The position numbers and the translations under genes were made by a program. From Octopus sinensis (lineage: Eukaryota), in assembly GCF_006345805.1 (NCBI RefSeq), contig NC_043005.1, forward strand, positions 34,224,001-34,288,000: a stretch of 64,000 nucleotides of DNA, in the 5' to 3' direction. This document shows, in pieces, positions 25,190 to 36,663 of this stretch. The notes beneath the pieces were generated by a model that worked only from the letters and a program-made list of their open reading frames with translations, was not told the origin of the DNA and made no database searches. The stretch's first letter is position 1, and every line of letters begins with the position of its first letter.

Positions 25190-25400
25190 TTCTTTTATTC
25201 TTTTACTTGCTTCAGTCATTTGACTGTGGCCATGCTGGAGCACTGCCTTTAGTTGAACAGATTGACCCCAGGACTTATTCTTTATAAGCCTAGTACTTAT
25301 TCTATCAGTCTCCATTGCCGAACTGCTAAGTTACAGAGACTTAAACACAGTCAAGCAATGGTGGGGGTAGGGTACAAACACAGACACACACATAAACATA
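25190..25400 (-). mobile_element. SINE family A tail half (head half at 27530-27628)
   Basis: CTGTGGCCATGCTGGAGCAC and GTACTTATTCTATC motifs; separated from its head by the RTE insertion. Confidence 0.8.
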
Positions 25401-25404
25401 TATA

Positions 25405-27480
25405 TCATCATCATCATCATCATCATCGTTTAGCGTCCGTTTTCCATGCTAGCATGGGTTGGACGGTTCTACTGGGGTCTGTGAAGCCAGAAGGCTTCAT
25501 CAGGCCCAGTCAAATCTGGCAGTGTTTCTACGGCTGGATGCCCTTCCTAACGCCAACCACTCCGTGAGTGTAGTGGGTGCTTTTTATGTGCCACCCGCAC
25601 TGGTGCCAGACAGAGCTGGCAAACGGCCACAAACGGATGGTGCTTTTTATGTGCCACCGGCACGAGGGCCAGGCGAGGCTGGCAACGGACACGAAATGGG
25701 GCGGTGCTGGCAACGGTCGCGAAACGGAAAGTTCTCTTACATGCCACCGGCACTGGTAACACATCTGCAATTTCCATTGATCGATTTCCATTGATCGATT
25801 TCGATTCTGATCGTCACTTGCCTCAACGGGTCTTCACAAGCAGAGTTTTGACATGCCACCGGCACTGGTAGCACATCCGCAATTTCCATTGATCGATTTC
25901 GATTCTGATCCTCACTTGCCTCATCACGTCTTCACAAGTAGAGTTTTGTGTCCCAAGAAGGGAAGGTATGCATACGTAGGCTGGCTCCATCCCATGTAGA
26001 AGGCCACGGGTTATGGACTCACTTGTCCTGCCGGGTCTTCTCGCGCACAGCACACTTCCAGAGGTCTCGGTCTCTAGTCATTTCCTCAGTGAGACCTAAA
26101 GTTCGAAGGTCGTGCTTCACCACCTCGTCCCAGGTTTTCTTGGGTCTGCCTCTTCCACAGGTTCCCTCAACCGCTAGGGTGTGGCACTTTTTCACACAAC
26201 TATCTTCATCCATTCTCGCCACATGACCATACCAGCGCAAACGTCTCTCTTGCACACCACAACTGATGCTTCTTAGGTCCAGCTTTTCTCTCAAGGTACT
26301 TACACTCTGCCGAGTGTGAGTACCGGCATTACACATCCATCGGAGCATACTGGCTTCATTTCTAGCGAGCTTACGCATATCCTCAGCAGTCACGGCCCAT
26401 GTTTCACTGCCATGTAGCATGGCTGTTCGTACACACGCATCATACAGTCTGCCTTTCACTCTGTGCGAGAGGCCTTTTGTCACCAGCAGAGGTAAGAGCT
26501 CTCTGAACTTTGCCCAAGCTATTCTTACTCTAGCAGTTACACTTTCAGCACACCTGCCCCCGCTGCTGACTTGGTCACCTAGGTAACGGAAACTATCAAC
26601 TATTTCTAGTTTTTCTCCCTGGAAAGTGACGGAAGTTGGTCTCAGAGCATTTTCAGTGTTTATTGTTCCTGAGCATCTGCCACATACAAAAACCATCTTC
26701 CTAGTTAGCCTTCCTTTGACATTGCTGCATCTCTTATGTGTCCATAGCTTACACTTGGTGCATCTTATAGAGTTTCTACCTACACCTTTTCTACAGATCG
26801 AGCAGGGCCATCTACCTGAAGGTGTTTGTGATTTGTCTACCTTCCTACTGATTACGACTTTGGTTTTAGCTAGATTGACTCTGAGGCCCTTCGATTCTAA
26901 TCCTTGTTTCCACACCTGAAACTTCTCCTCCAGTTCTGATAGCGACTCAGCAATTAGAGCAAGGTCATCAGCATAGAGGAGCTCCCAAGGGCATCCTGTC
27001 TTGAATTCCTCCGTTATTGCCTGGAGGACTATGATAAATAGGAGGGGGCTGAGTACTGAGCCTTGGTGGACTCCTACCTCTACCCGGAATTCTTCACTGT
27101 ACACATTTCCAACCCTCACCCTACTAGCGGCGTCCCTGTACATGGCCCGCACAGCTCTCACTAACCATTCATCTATCCCTAGTTTCCTCATTGCCCACCA
27201 GATAAGGGATCGGGGGACCCTGTCGAAGGCTTTCTCCATGTCAACAAAAGCCAGGTACAGGGGCTTATCTTTGGCTAGGTATTTCTCCTGCAGCTGCCTT
27301 ACCAGGAATATAGCATCAGTAGTACTTTTCCCTGGCACAAACCCAAACTGCATCTCATCTAAACTAACTCTCTCTCTAATTAGTTGGGCTATGACCCTCT
27401 CCGTAACCTTCATCACCTGGTCCAACAGCTTGATACCTCTGTAGTTATTTGGCTGTAGTTATTTGATACCTCTGTAGTTA
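25405..27480 (-). mobile_element. Young 5'-truncated RTE-clade LINE
   Basis: Open RT ORF, about 600-bp 3' UTR, (GAT)n tail, CpGs retained; 16-bp duplication GATACCTCTGTAGTTA at the truncation point. Confidence 0.96.
26019..27425 (-). CDS. RTE reverse transcriptase (5'-truncated, 468 aa open) with internal PHD-type zinc finger
   Basis: FVDMEKAFD, GVHQGSVLSPLLF, LLYADD, FRYLG, RRLRWYGHV, GRGRPKKTW. No endonuclease, so non-autonomous. Confidence 0.9.
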   Translation of the reverse strand: MDQVMKVTERVIAQLIRERVSLDEMQFGFVPGKSTTDAIFLVRQLQEKYLAKDKPLYLAFVDMEKAFDRVPRSLIWWAMRKLGIDEWLVRAVRAMYRDAASRVRVGNVYSEEFRVEVGVHQGSVLSPLLFIIVLQAITEEFKTGCPWELLYADDLALIAESLSELEEKFQVWKQGLESKGLRVNLAKTKVVISRKVDKSQTPSGRWPCSICRKGVGRNSIRCTKCKLWTHKRCSNVKGRLTRKMVFVCGRCSGTINTENALRPTSVTFQGEKLEIVDSFRYLGDQVSSGGRCAESVTARVRIAWAKFRELLPLLVTKGLSHRVKGRLYDACVRTAMLHGSETWAVTAEDMRKLARNEASMLRWMCNAGTHTRQSVSTLREKLDLRSISCGVQERRLRWYGHVARMDEDSCVKKCHTLAVEGTCGRGRPKKTWDEVVKHDLRTLGLTEEMTRDRDLWKCAVREKTRQDK

Positions 27481-27490
27481 TATATATATA

Positions 27491-27529
<39 letters not shown>

Positions 27530-27531
<2 letters not shown>

Positions 27532-27628
27532 ACAGGCTTCTTTCAGTTTCCATCAACCAAATCCACCCACAAGGCTTTGGCTGGCCTGAAGCTATAGTAG
27601 AAGACACTTGCCCAAAGTGCCATGCAGT
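27530..27628 (-). mobile_element. SINE family A head half
   Basis: GCTATAGTAGAAGACACTTGCCC core. Confidence 0.8.
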
Positions 27629-28439
27629 ATACGGTAGGTACAAATGAAAGAAAATTGCTCTCAACACGTGGGAATTAAAAGTAGTTATTTGCAGGTTGAC
27701 TTTACTCCTCATTATTTAGAGTTTCATAGACACAGATCAATATTTAAGCTCTCAGATACTTAATGACAAGGTGAGGATATATAAAAATGGCTTCTAAATG
27801 GGAATAAATAGGGTCCAACACAGATCACTCTAGCTTATGTGAATAAATCGGCAATACAGCAACAAATAATCCTGTTTGTGGTTCCATGTGATAGGGAGAA
27901 CAGTCTAATAATGCCAACCACTTGACAACCTATGGGTATTTCCAACTTAATGACTTTGGTTAAGAATGGGATGTATGTCTGCTGTTCTATATGGCAGAGT
28001 TTTTTTATTTTTGTATGTTGGATATATAATGTAATGAAACTGGTGGGGAAAGAAAGTACTTACATGACGCAATACTATTACTATTACACCAGTCTCAACA
28101 CTCTGAACCATGGCACACAGTGAACTGCCAATTGCTCACAGTTCTTTAATTTATAACAATGAGTCAGTCCACCTTTAGTCACTTGAGGGATGATCAGAAT
28201 CCTTCCAGAACACAAGGTAACAAGTCAGGTGTTGTCAGGTTATTTATTAGTGTATAATAAATGTTACATAAAAATTTAGGCCTGCTGTGTCGGGTTACTG
28301 GATGATGCTTCTGTGACTAGGTTTTAGGTCTGGTAGGCCACTATGATGGTCAGCAGAAAGGGAACTAATCTCACTATGAGCAAGCAGGACTTCTTTGCAA
28401 TGCAATTTGATATGGGCCAGCTAGATTTATGATGATTTT

Positions 28440-28740
28440 TCTGGTTTATCAGTAGCCAATAGTTTACATGGCAACAATTTAATACATTAGTTTTCTTGTT
28501 GATGAATAGTGTTGGCAGCTGCAGTATATGCAGTTCCTCACAGAGCTAGAGATGGTTATTAGAAGCTTCAAGTGAGGAAGACAGCTCTCTGTCAAGGTGT
28601 TCTATGTAATTTTGGAGAAGTCATTTTCAAGGAGTTTCTAGATGAAGGAAATATGGAATTTTCCCTATCCCTGTATCTGAAGGAGTGCCTATGTAGTGTA
28701 AATCTTCCTTTGAAATTACTAGCTGTTATGCTTGGAAATT
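28440..28740 (-). pseudogene. Decayed Penelope-like GIY-YIG C-terminal region
   Basis: SNFKGRFTLHRHSFRYRDRENS, then LCEELHILQ...INKKTNVLNCCH, resembling PLE FK.RY..H..SF and LC..EK..I...LNKRSE....C.H. Confidence 0.6.
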
Positions 28741-28815
28741 TTGTTATGATATCATCAGATTGTGTGAGGATATTTCTTTGTATCATGATCTTTGAATAGT
28801 AGGATGCTCATGGTG

Positions 28816-29001
28816 CAGTGCTGCACAACTGGTATGCTGTGACACACTGGTGAGTCAAGAGACGGTGCTAGGTGTGCTGCAGTGTAATATAAATATAATT
28901 TTTTCCTCTATACTTTTAGTTATATTTTTAGTTCAGGTGTGCTGCCATATTTTGAAAAGAATATAAGTGTACTGCAAGGGAAAAAAAGTTGCGGAGCACT
29001 G
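28816..29001. mobile_element. hAT (Charlie-like) MITE
   Basis: CAGTGCTGCACAACT...AGTTGCGGAGCACTG termini; 8-bp flanks TCATGGTG/TCATAATG. Confidence 0.75.
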
Positions 29002-29354
29002 TCATAATGGACAGCTGGTAGATTTTGGAAGTCACAGGCTAGGGAAAAAAGCGGAGTCTCTGTGAGTGGGTGTATTTTTTCTGTAGTAGTGTGTGATTTT
29101 GGAAGCAATATTATCTAGGTTTGAATAGCCAACTTTGAGATTATGAACATTAAAAGTTTGCAGTATATATAGGTGTTTGGAAAATGCTACCTAATTTGGA
29201 TAAAAGAAACTTTGAGCTATATTTGTAGATAAACCTTAGAATGAATAGAGGATTCAATCAGATTAATTCTCCTTCGAACTCATTTTGGGTTTGGGCAGGT
29301 AGGTTGAGGATATATGTGTGTGTGTAAATATACATGTATACATATACACATACA

Positions 29355-29700
29355 TGTCATCATCATCATCATCCTTTAATGTCTGTTTTTATTGTTGGCA
29401 TGGGTCCAGTGGTTCAGCAGAAGCTAGTGAGCCAGAGGACTGTGCCAAGTTCCAATGTCTGAGTTGGCATGGTTTCTATGCCAGTCACTTTACAGAGTGT
29501 ACTGGGTGCTAATTACATGCAAAGTCACCAAGTAACTTGCAAGACAAAACTCTCCAACTGAGCGGGTGTAGTATTTATTAAGGGAGGTGGCTTTATGCTG
29601 GGTGATGAGAGGTTAAAGGGATAGATACAGGTATCTTGCTGTAGAGGAGATACATGGGCACCTTATCTGGAAAAGAGCTGGGATGATGGTGAAGATGTGT
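29355..29700 (-). mobile_element. Old RTE-type 3' tail segment
   Basis: (CAT)n plus CACTTTACAGAGTGTACTGGGTGC motif. Confidence 0.6.
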
Positions 29701-29964
29701 CATAGTTGTACAAATTGTCAAAATCTATGTCATTTTATATACACAGTAGGGGAGAATCAGGCCAGCCACCTATGGTGTTGTGTATGTCTTTCAATGTGTG
29801 TTTCATTGTCATATTACCACTAGAAGGGTTGTGGAGGCCCTTAAAAGTCACCTCTACCCTAAATCAGTTCTTACTGCCTCCCACCCCTACAGGCCCATTG
29901 CCAACTTTGGTGCTTCAGAATATTCTGGGTGGGCACTAATTTGTAATAATACTAAAGCAAAGTA

Positions 29965-30150
29965 TAAGGCAGTGAGCTGGCAGAATCATTAGCTCACTGG
30001 GCAAAATGTTTAGCAGCATTTCATCCATCGTTATGTCCTGAGTTCAAATTCTGCCACGGTTGACCTTACATTTCATCCTTTAGGATTTTGATAAAATAAG
30101 TACCAGTTGATCACTGGGGTTGCTGGCCTTGTGCCAAAATTTGAAATCAA
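29965..30150 (+). mobile_element. SINE family B
   Basis: AAGGCAGTGAGCTGGCAGAATC head, Nin core, GGCCTTGTGCCAAAATTTGAAA tail. Confidence 0.85.
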
Positions 30151-30599
30151 TAATAAAGTGGAGTTTTGAAATAAGTGTATCACAGTAAATCTGAGGGCGC
30201 ACCTTTGAATAAATGAGGGGGTAGTGCTGTCCAGTGTACTCATTAAGCCACAGGCACCTCTAGACAGGTAACCAGTAATGTGGGTAGCAGAGTTCAAGTG
30301 TCCCTTGTGTACGATCCATTTTGGTATAATTTCTATAGCTGAATACTGTTTTTCTTATTAACCTCTTTAATGAGTGTAATGGATAAATTTCCTTGTGCCC
30401 ATCAGTACTGGAGAAGTTGTCTCATGAGAAGAAGACTACAGACTCCTCTGTATCCTGAATTTCAAGGTTATACATACATATATGCATACATACATACATA
30501 TATAAACACATACATCATTACATACATACATACATACATACATACATGTGTTGGTGTATGTAATGCAAACACACATGTGCATACAAATCACTATATACA

Positions 30600-30638
<39 letters not shown>

Positions 30639-30654
30639 ATAAATATATATATAT

Positions 30655-30838
30655 ATGGTGTGTTGTCAATTTATGGAAATAATCCCATAAACTCAACAAT
30701 TTAGTTAAAAGTGGAGAAGAGAAGATGTTAAAATATATAAGAGAATTTTAAAATTCTCTTATATATTTTAACACCTTCTCCTCTCTATTTTTTGTCAAAT
30801 TTTATGGGATTTCTTTCCATAAATTCACAACACACCAT
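30655..30838. repeat. 184-bp palindrome with a perfect 48-bp spacerless core
   Basis: ATGGTGTGTTGT...ACAACACACCAT ends; TGTTAAAATATATAAGAGAATTTT|AAAATTCTCTTATATATTTTAACA at 30726-30773. Confidence 0.92.
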
Positions 30839-31273
30839 TTATAAGTATTATTGTCATATTCGCAATTTTATGCCAGTAAGCTACCAGCAAAATATGAAGA
30901 ATCTATATTGGAAACCTCCAAATTAAAGGACAAACCTAATTCAACATATATATATAGAGAGAGAGAGAGATAATTGTATAGGGTACAATTATACTGAAGG
31001 GAACAGAAGCTACTGTGCCTATATGCTGAATTCGTCCCACCACTTTACATGTTTACTCCACATATACACTTTATCCTGTAATTATGTTTAGATATAACCC
31101 ATTCCCTTTGGGTCAGTTTATTTACCTCTGTAATATTCTGACCAAATGCACACATGCTGAGATGGATTGTGAAATTCGATGCGTATATATGTGTGACTAT
31201 TTGTATGTACTTGCATTTTGCATGTGCTTTTTTGTGGGTATGAATAAATATTTTCGTTTATTTTGCTTAGTAA

Positions 31274-31330
31274 GTTCTGCTGATGAAGGAGGAGTTATCA
31301 AACTAATCCAGAAATTGATCTATCCAAAAC
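31274..31330 (+). ncRNA. Minimal type-I hammerhead ribozyme motif
   Basis: GUUCUG-CUGAUGA-A-GGAggAGUU(auca)AACUaaUCC-A-GAAA-UUGAUCUA-UC^-CAAAAC; core intact, stems I-III with a few mismatches. Confidence 0.65.
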
Positions 31331-31822
31331 TAACTGAATTATTTTATGAATTTTTAGTCAGTCTACTTTCTCGCTTTCAACCTGTGTGTATATGTGGAGT
31401 GAACATATATATCTATATATGTATTTTACTTAAAAGGTTTTTATATGATGGCCACTAATAAAATTCATTAATTTTAATGATTTTATCCTGTAATTATGTT
31501 TAAATAATTATATATATATTTATATTTATATAAAAAATACAAAATTGGACAAGAACACAAAACATCCTGACAGCTAGGTGATACAAAAATGGGATAACAA
31601 AACATCCAGATAGACGATACAAAGAAAACAAGGACAGGTCATTCAAAGTTTTCTTTCTTCAGTCAAGCACCAGATTATCCTCACAATTTTGATTGATTAT
31701 ACTTAAGATTGCTCCAATCTGGCCAGCTCCAAGGAAAAACTAAGCTAAAGAGCATTAGATTCCTTGGAAGAAAGCAGCAAATGTATACAAAAACAAGGAT
31801 GGAAAAAAAAAAGGGTGGGAAA

Positions 31823-33030
31823 CATGACAGAAATAAATCACCATAAATTAAATCATCACGATGTTTATTTTAACTTGTAAAGGTTAATATTTTTTATTGA
31901 TTGACATTTTTAAGTTTCAGGTTCTATATGTAACTGTTTAATCATGCCATGAACAAAAGAAGCCTTGGAACCGACTGAATTTCAAAGAGGCCGTATTGTG
32001 GGTCATTCTGAAGGTGGACTTAGTGTAAAATTGCAGAAAACCTTCAGATTCTGCTTTCTACAGTTAATTGTGATTGTGCAATTCACTAGAGAAGGGAAGG
32101 AGTTCACATTACTTTGCTCAGGTTGACCAAGGTCCTCTGACAGGACCCTTCACTTTGTTAAGAGTAATGTGGAGGATATTCTTTATTGCAAGGCCTCTGA
32201 CATAGCAGAACAAGTTGATGTCAGTCCCAGAACAGCTGTCAGGTATCTCCACAAACATGGCTACTATGGCAGAGCAACAAGAAGGAAGCGACTTCTTCAA
32301 CTAACCAAAATCAAGTAGAGGAAAGGCTGGGCCAGTGAGATGGTGGAGAAGCCACTAGCATTTTGGGACACTCATATTCTCTGATAAGTCCAGATTTGCT
32401 ATATTCTCTGATAGTGGTTAAGTGTGGGTCTGGAGATTCTGTGATCAAGAATTTGATATGAAAAGATTGTAGCCAACAATGAAACACCGGTGGCTATTTT
32501 GTGATAGGATGGGGAGCAATTTGGAGTAATGATCAATGAGCTGGTAGAGTCTGAGGGAAACATAAACTCAGATAAATATGTATACATAAATATGTATACA
32601 AAGAACTCTTTCCAATCTTCTCCAGTGAAATGAGTAAAGAAGCATCTTTATTTATGGAATATGAGGTCCTAGTCACATGGCTAAAAAGATCCAAGCTTCC
32701 ATGGCCAAGCTTGTCATCAAATATGAACACTATTGTGCACCTCTGAGGCATAATGGACAGGAACTTTGTAAAAAGAACATAAAAGCATCCTCAAAGCCAG
32801 ATCTTTTGAGATTACTGCATGAAACTTGGCAAGAAATTCCTCAAGAGAATATTCATCATCTGATCAGTATTATGTCTAATAGGGTCCTTGCATAGAAAAA
32901 TATCACGGGCATGTCTACTAAATATTAGATATTCACATTATAATAATATATCAATAATTTTGATGTATAATTTCAGATTTAAATAAATTTTAACGATTAT
33001 AAGGGTGTCTACTTACTTCTGTCATGTGTG
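31823..33030 (+). mobile_element. Decayed Tc1-family transposon
   Basis: TIR remnants CATGACAGAA / TTCTGTCATG; TEFQRGRIVGHSEGGLS; LHETWQEIPQENIHHLISIMSNRV...GMSTKY*. Confidence 0.8.
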
Positions 33031-33443
33031 TGAGTGTGTGTGTGGGTTGGTGGGTGTGTGTGTGTGTATGAATATGTGTATAGAAATGTGTTTGCAAAAG
33101 GAGGAAAAAATGTTCTCATACTACGTGTATGAATCGGTCTGTCTGTCTGTCTGTCTATCTATTTATCTATCTATCTATCTAGCTAGCTATATTTAATTTA
33201 TATTTATATGTATATATTTGTAGAAACAAGTGCATGAATGTATGTGTATAGACAGACAGACAGACATAGATAAATTGACAACAAGTGGCATCGAAATTGT
33301 GGAAAGGTTTCTAAGTAATGATATGGAGAGAGAGAGAATTTTCTCCCTTTATATTGACCATATGAAACATAAACAACCCAAATCACTGATTTGGCGTATT
33401 TTTATTACCTCGGCCATTCCTCAATAGGAAATGTTAAAGGTTG

Positions 33444-33479
<36 letters not shown>

Positions 33480-33499
33480 GTGTGTCAGCCCTTGTGGCC

Positions 33500-33906
33500 A
33501 ATAAAAAGAATTAATTATTATTATTATTATTATTACTACTACATTCACCTGTAGCTTTCTTCCTACTTGTCCTTCAAGTTTATTTATATACACCCTGTTA
33601 TTTCAACGTGTTATTTCACCCACGCAATTTTATTCCAAGTTGTCAATCAGGACATTAGACAAAAATGTGTTGTGTATGTTACTGTGTGACGCCTTTTCAA
33701 AATGTGAATTTTAAAAAAGTGCTGTTTGTTTTCCAAATATTTCTTGATGTTAGGCTAATTTAAAATTATTACATTATTTAACTCGGTGATATATTCATTT
33801 CCTATTTATTGAATGTTAAATGAATACTTTTGGTTAAGTCCAGAAATTCTAAAGAAAGGGAAAATAATTCTTTTTGTGAGAATTATACATTATATATATA
33901 TTATAT

Positions 33907-33995
<89 letters not shown>

Positions 33996-34798
33996 TATCA
34001 TTTCATTCATTCCGTTTAGATTTAACCGAAGGAATTGGGACGGACTTACCAAGGAATGGTAATAGATTAGCTGAAATGAAAGAGTTAATAAAGAAGAAAG
34101 ACGAATAAGAGAATATACGAGCAGAAATATTAAAAAGAGAGATAAAAATTCTGAAGCGGTGTTGAGATGATTTCATAGAACGAAACATTTATTAGTATTG
34201 TTATCATTACGGGGCGGCAAACTGACAAAAGCGGCAGAGCATCGGTCTAAACGTTTAGCTTTAATTAGTTCCGTTCCTCTGCATACTGAAATCCCAGTAC
34301 CAGTCATGTACTAGGCTTTATTTAATCCCTTGCAATTTTTTGACCAAGAGCCTATGTTAAGAATTATTATTATCTATTATACTATTATTAGCTATAACGA
34401 TGACGGAACGGTAGTAGTATTAAGACATCACCAGAAATGGTATATACATACATACATATAGAAGCATATATGTACACACATACGTACGTGTGTGTGTGTG
34501 TGTATGAAGAAATGTGGAGAAGCATTGGCGGAAAAAAAAGGCGTAGTAAATAATCGAAGGAAAGATTTGTATGAAGTGTTGTGTAAAAAGAGGATGGGGA
34601 CGGCAAGGTATGAATGTTTATAAAGAGTGGTGAAGAGGGAAAGGAAGAAACACTGAAAGAAAAGAGAAAGACGAAAGAGCGAGAGAGAGAAATAGAAAGA
34701 AAGAAAGAATGAGTGTTAGAATGAGAGAAAAGGGAGTGTCAGGTGAGGATAACATAGTGAAGGACAATGTATTATAGTTAGAGAGAGAATGAGAGAGT

Positions 34799-34881
<83 letters not shown>

Positions 34882-35862
34882 GAGATAAATAAAAAGAAAT
34901 AAAGAAAAAGATAGACTAAAGTGACTGAGAAGTGGAAAGAAAGAAAATAAAAGAGAACAAGTGTTACAATGAGGGAAAAGGAGTGTCAAGCGAGGATAAT
35001 AGAGAGAAGGACGGTGTATGGTAGCTAAAGAGAGTGAGATAGATACATACATAAAAAGACAAAGAGAGGAAGAGAGAGAGGGAGATTGAGGAAGGTTAGC
35101 AGAGGCTGCGAGATGCAGGCACTATTATTATTGCATGTAGTCAGCGAGTGTTGTTTGCAACACCGTTGGGCTTAAAAGTAGCCAGGCTCTTGGAGATAAA
35201 CGCATCTTTTACAGTTAGATCACTTAATTAAGGAATTTTTACACGGTTCGATGTTGGTACATATGAAATTCTCCCTAAAATCTTGCCTGGTCTCACTGTC
35301 CGGCTTTTAATATGAGACATTAACATGGCGACTTCTCTTTACAACTGCAGACGACACGACTTTCAGTGAATTTGACCGGTATTTAAACGGTCATTTTTGC
35401 TTTTTTTGGGAAAAAAAAACAAAACATGCTTTCGATTATGGATAAATATACACAATATCGAGATATTATTAAAGTATAATTGATTGGCAAGGTAGGTTTT
35501 AACTGTTTACTCGCGAGTATTTCGGTTTGACCACACTTGGTTTCATTTCGACACTGTTTATTTAATAATGGATCATTTATTGATCTTCATTTCTCCCCCC
35601 CAAAAAAGAAATAATAATAATAATTGTAAATATATAATCATTATTAATGAAATGTATGCTTTGGCGTGTTGCAGAAATTCTTATTCACATGTACCATACT
35701 TATTAATTTTATTACCGAAATTCCCTGTATTTATTTATTTATCTCTTATAAATTGCTCAACTTGTAAAAAATATTCTGTAAAAACGCACCGAAGAAATAC
35801 AGAATTAATGAAACCAGCATCGCAATCTGTTTATATTAACGTATACTGCATTATCTTCGCTG

Positions 35863-35900
<38 letters not shown>

Positions 35901-36581
35901 ACATGCACACACACACACATACACACACACACATAATATATATGTGTGTGTGTGCGTGTGTATGTGTGCGTGTGTATGTGTGCGTGTGTGTTGGTTGTAG
36001 TGGCTGGTGTTTACGTTAATGTTGGCAATCCTTACTGGTAATTGCTTCGGTTTTCTTCGTCGCCACCTCTCAACAATCAACGAGAAATGAAATATTGATT
36101 CCCACTTGTTAAATTTCTACTTCATTACAAACTTACTTTCCATGCTATTTCATGCCGCAATCGGTTATGTTATCATCATCATCATCATCGCTGATATCAA
36201 TGCTGTCATTATTAACATTTGGTGTTGTTGTTGTTATTATTGTTGTTGTTGTTAATATTATTATTATTTAGCGCTCGACCCTGCTGTTTGCCTTCACTGA
36301 AAACTCAAAAAGTCGAACCACTTTAGGCATTTATTATCTCCGTCCCTCCCTCTCTCTTTCTCTCTTCCCCTCGAATACATACATACATACAATTATTTGT
36401 AGGATTCATTTGAATCAATGTATCTTAACATCCAGGACACCAACCAAGCGAGGGTCGCGCTCGGTACATACGTGTACATATATGCAGACACATTCGTATA
36501 TACCCGTGTACACACACACACACACAATGTATGTACGTGTATGCATGCAGAATGTGAATGCGTGTATATTTTTTTATCATA

Positions 36582-36663
<82 letters not shown>

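Noticed and set aside
31540-31810. Repeat-like island with CTGAAGA on the minus strand
   Set aside because: No correctly placed GAAA or stem III.
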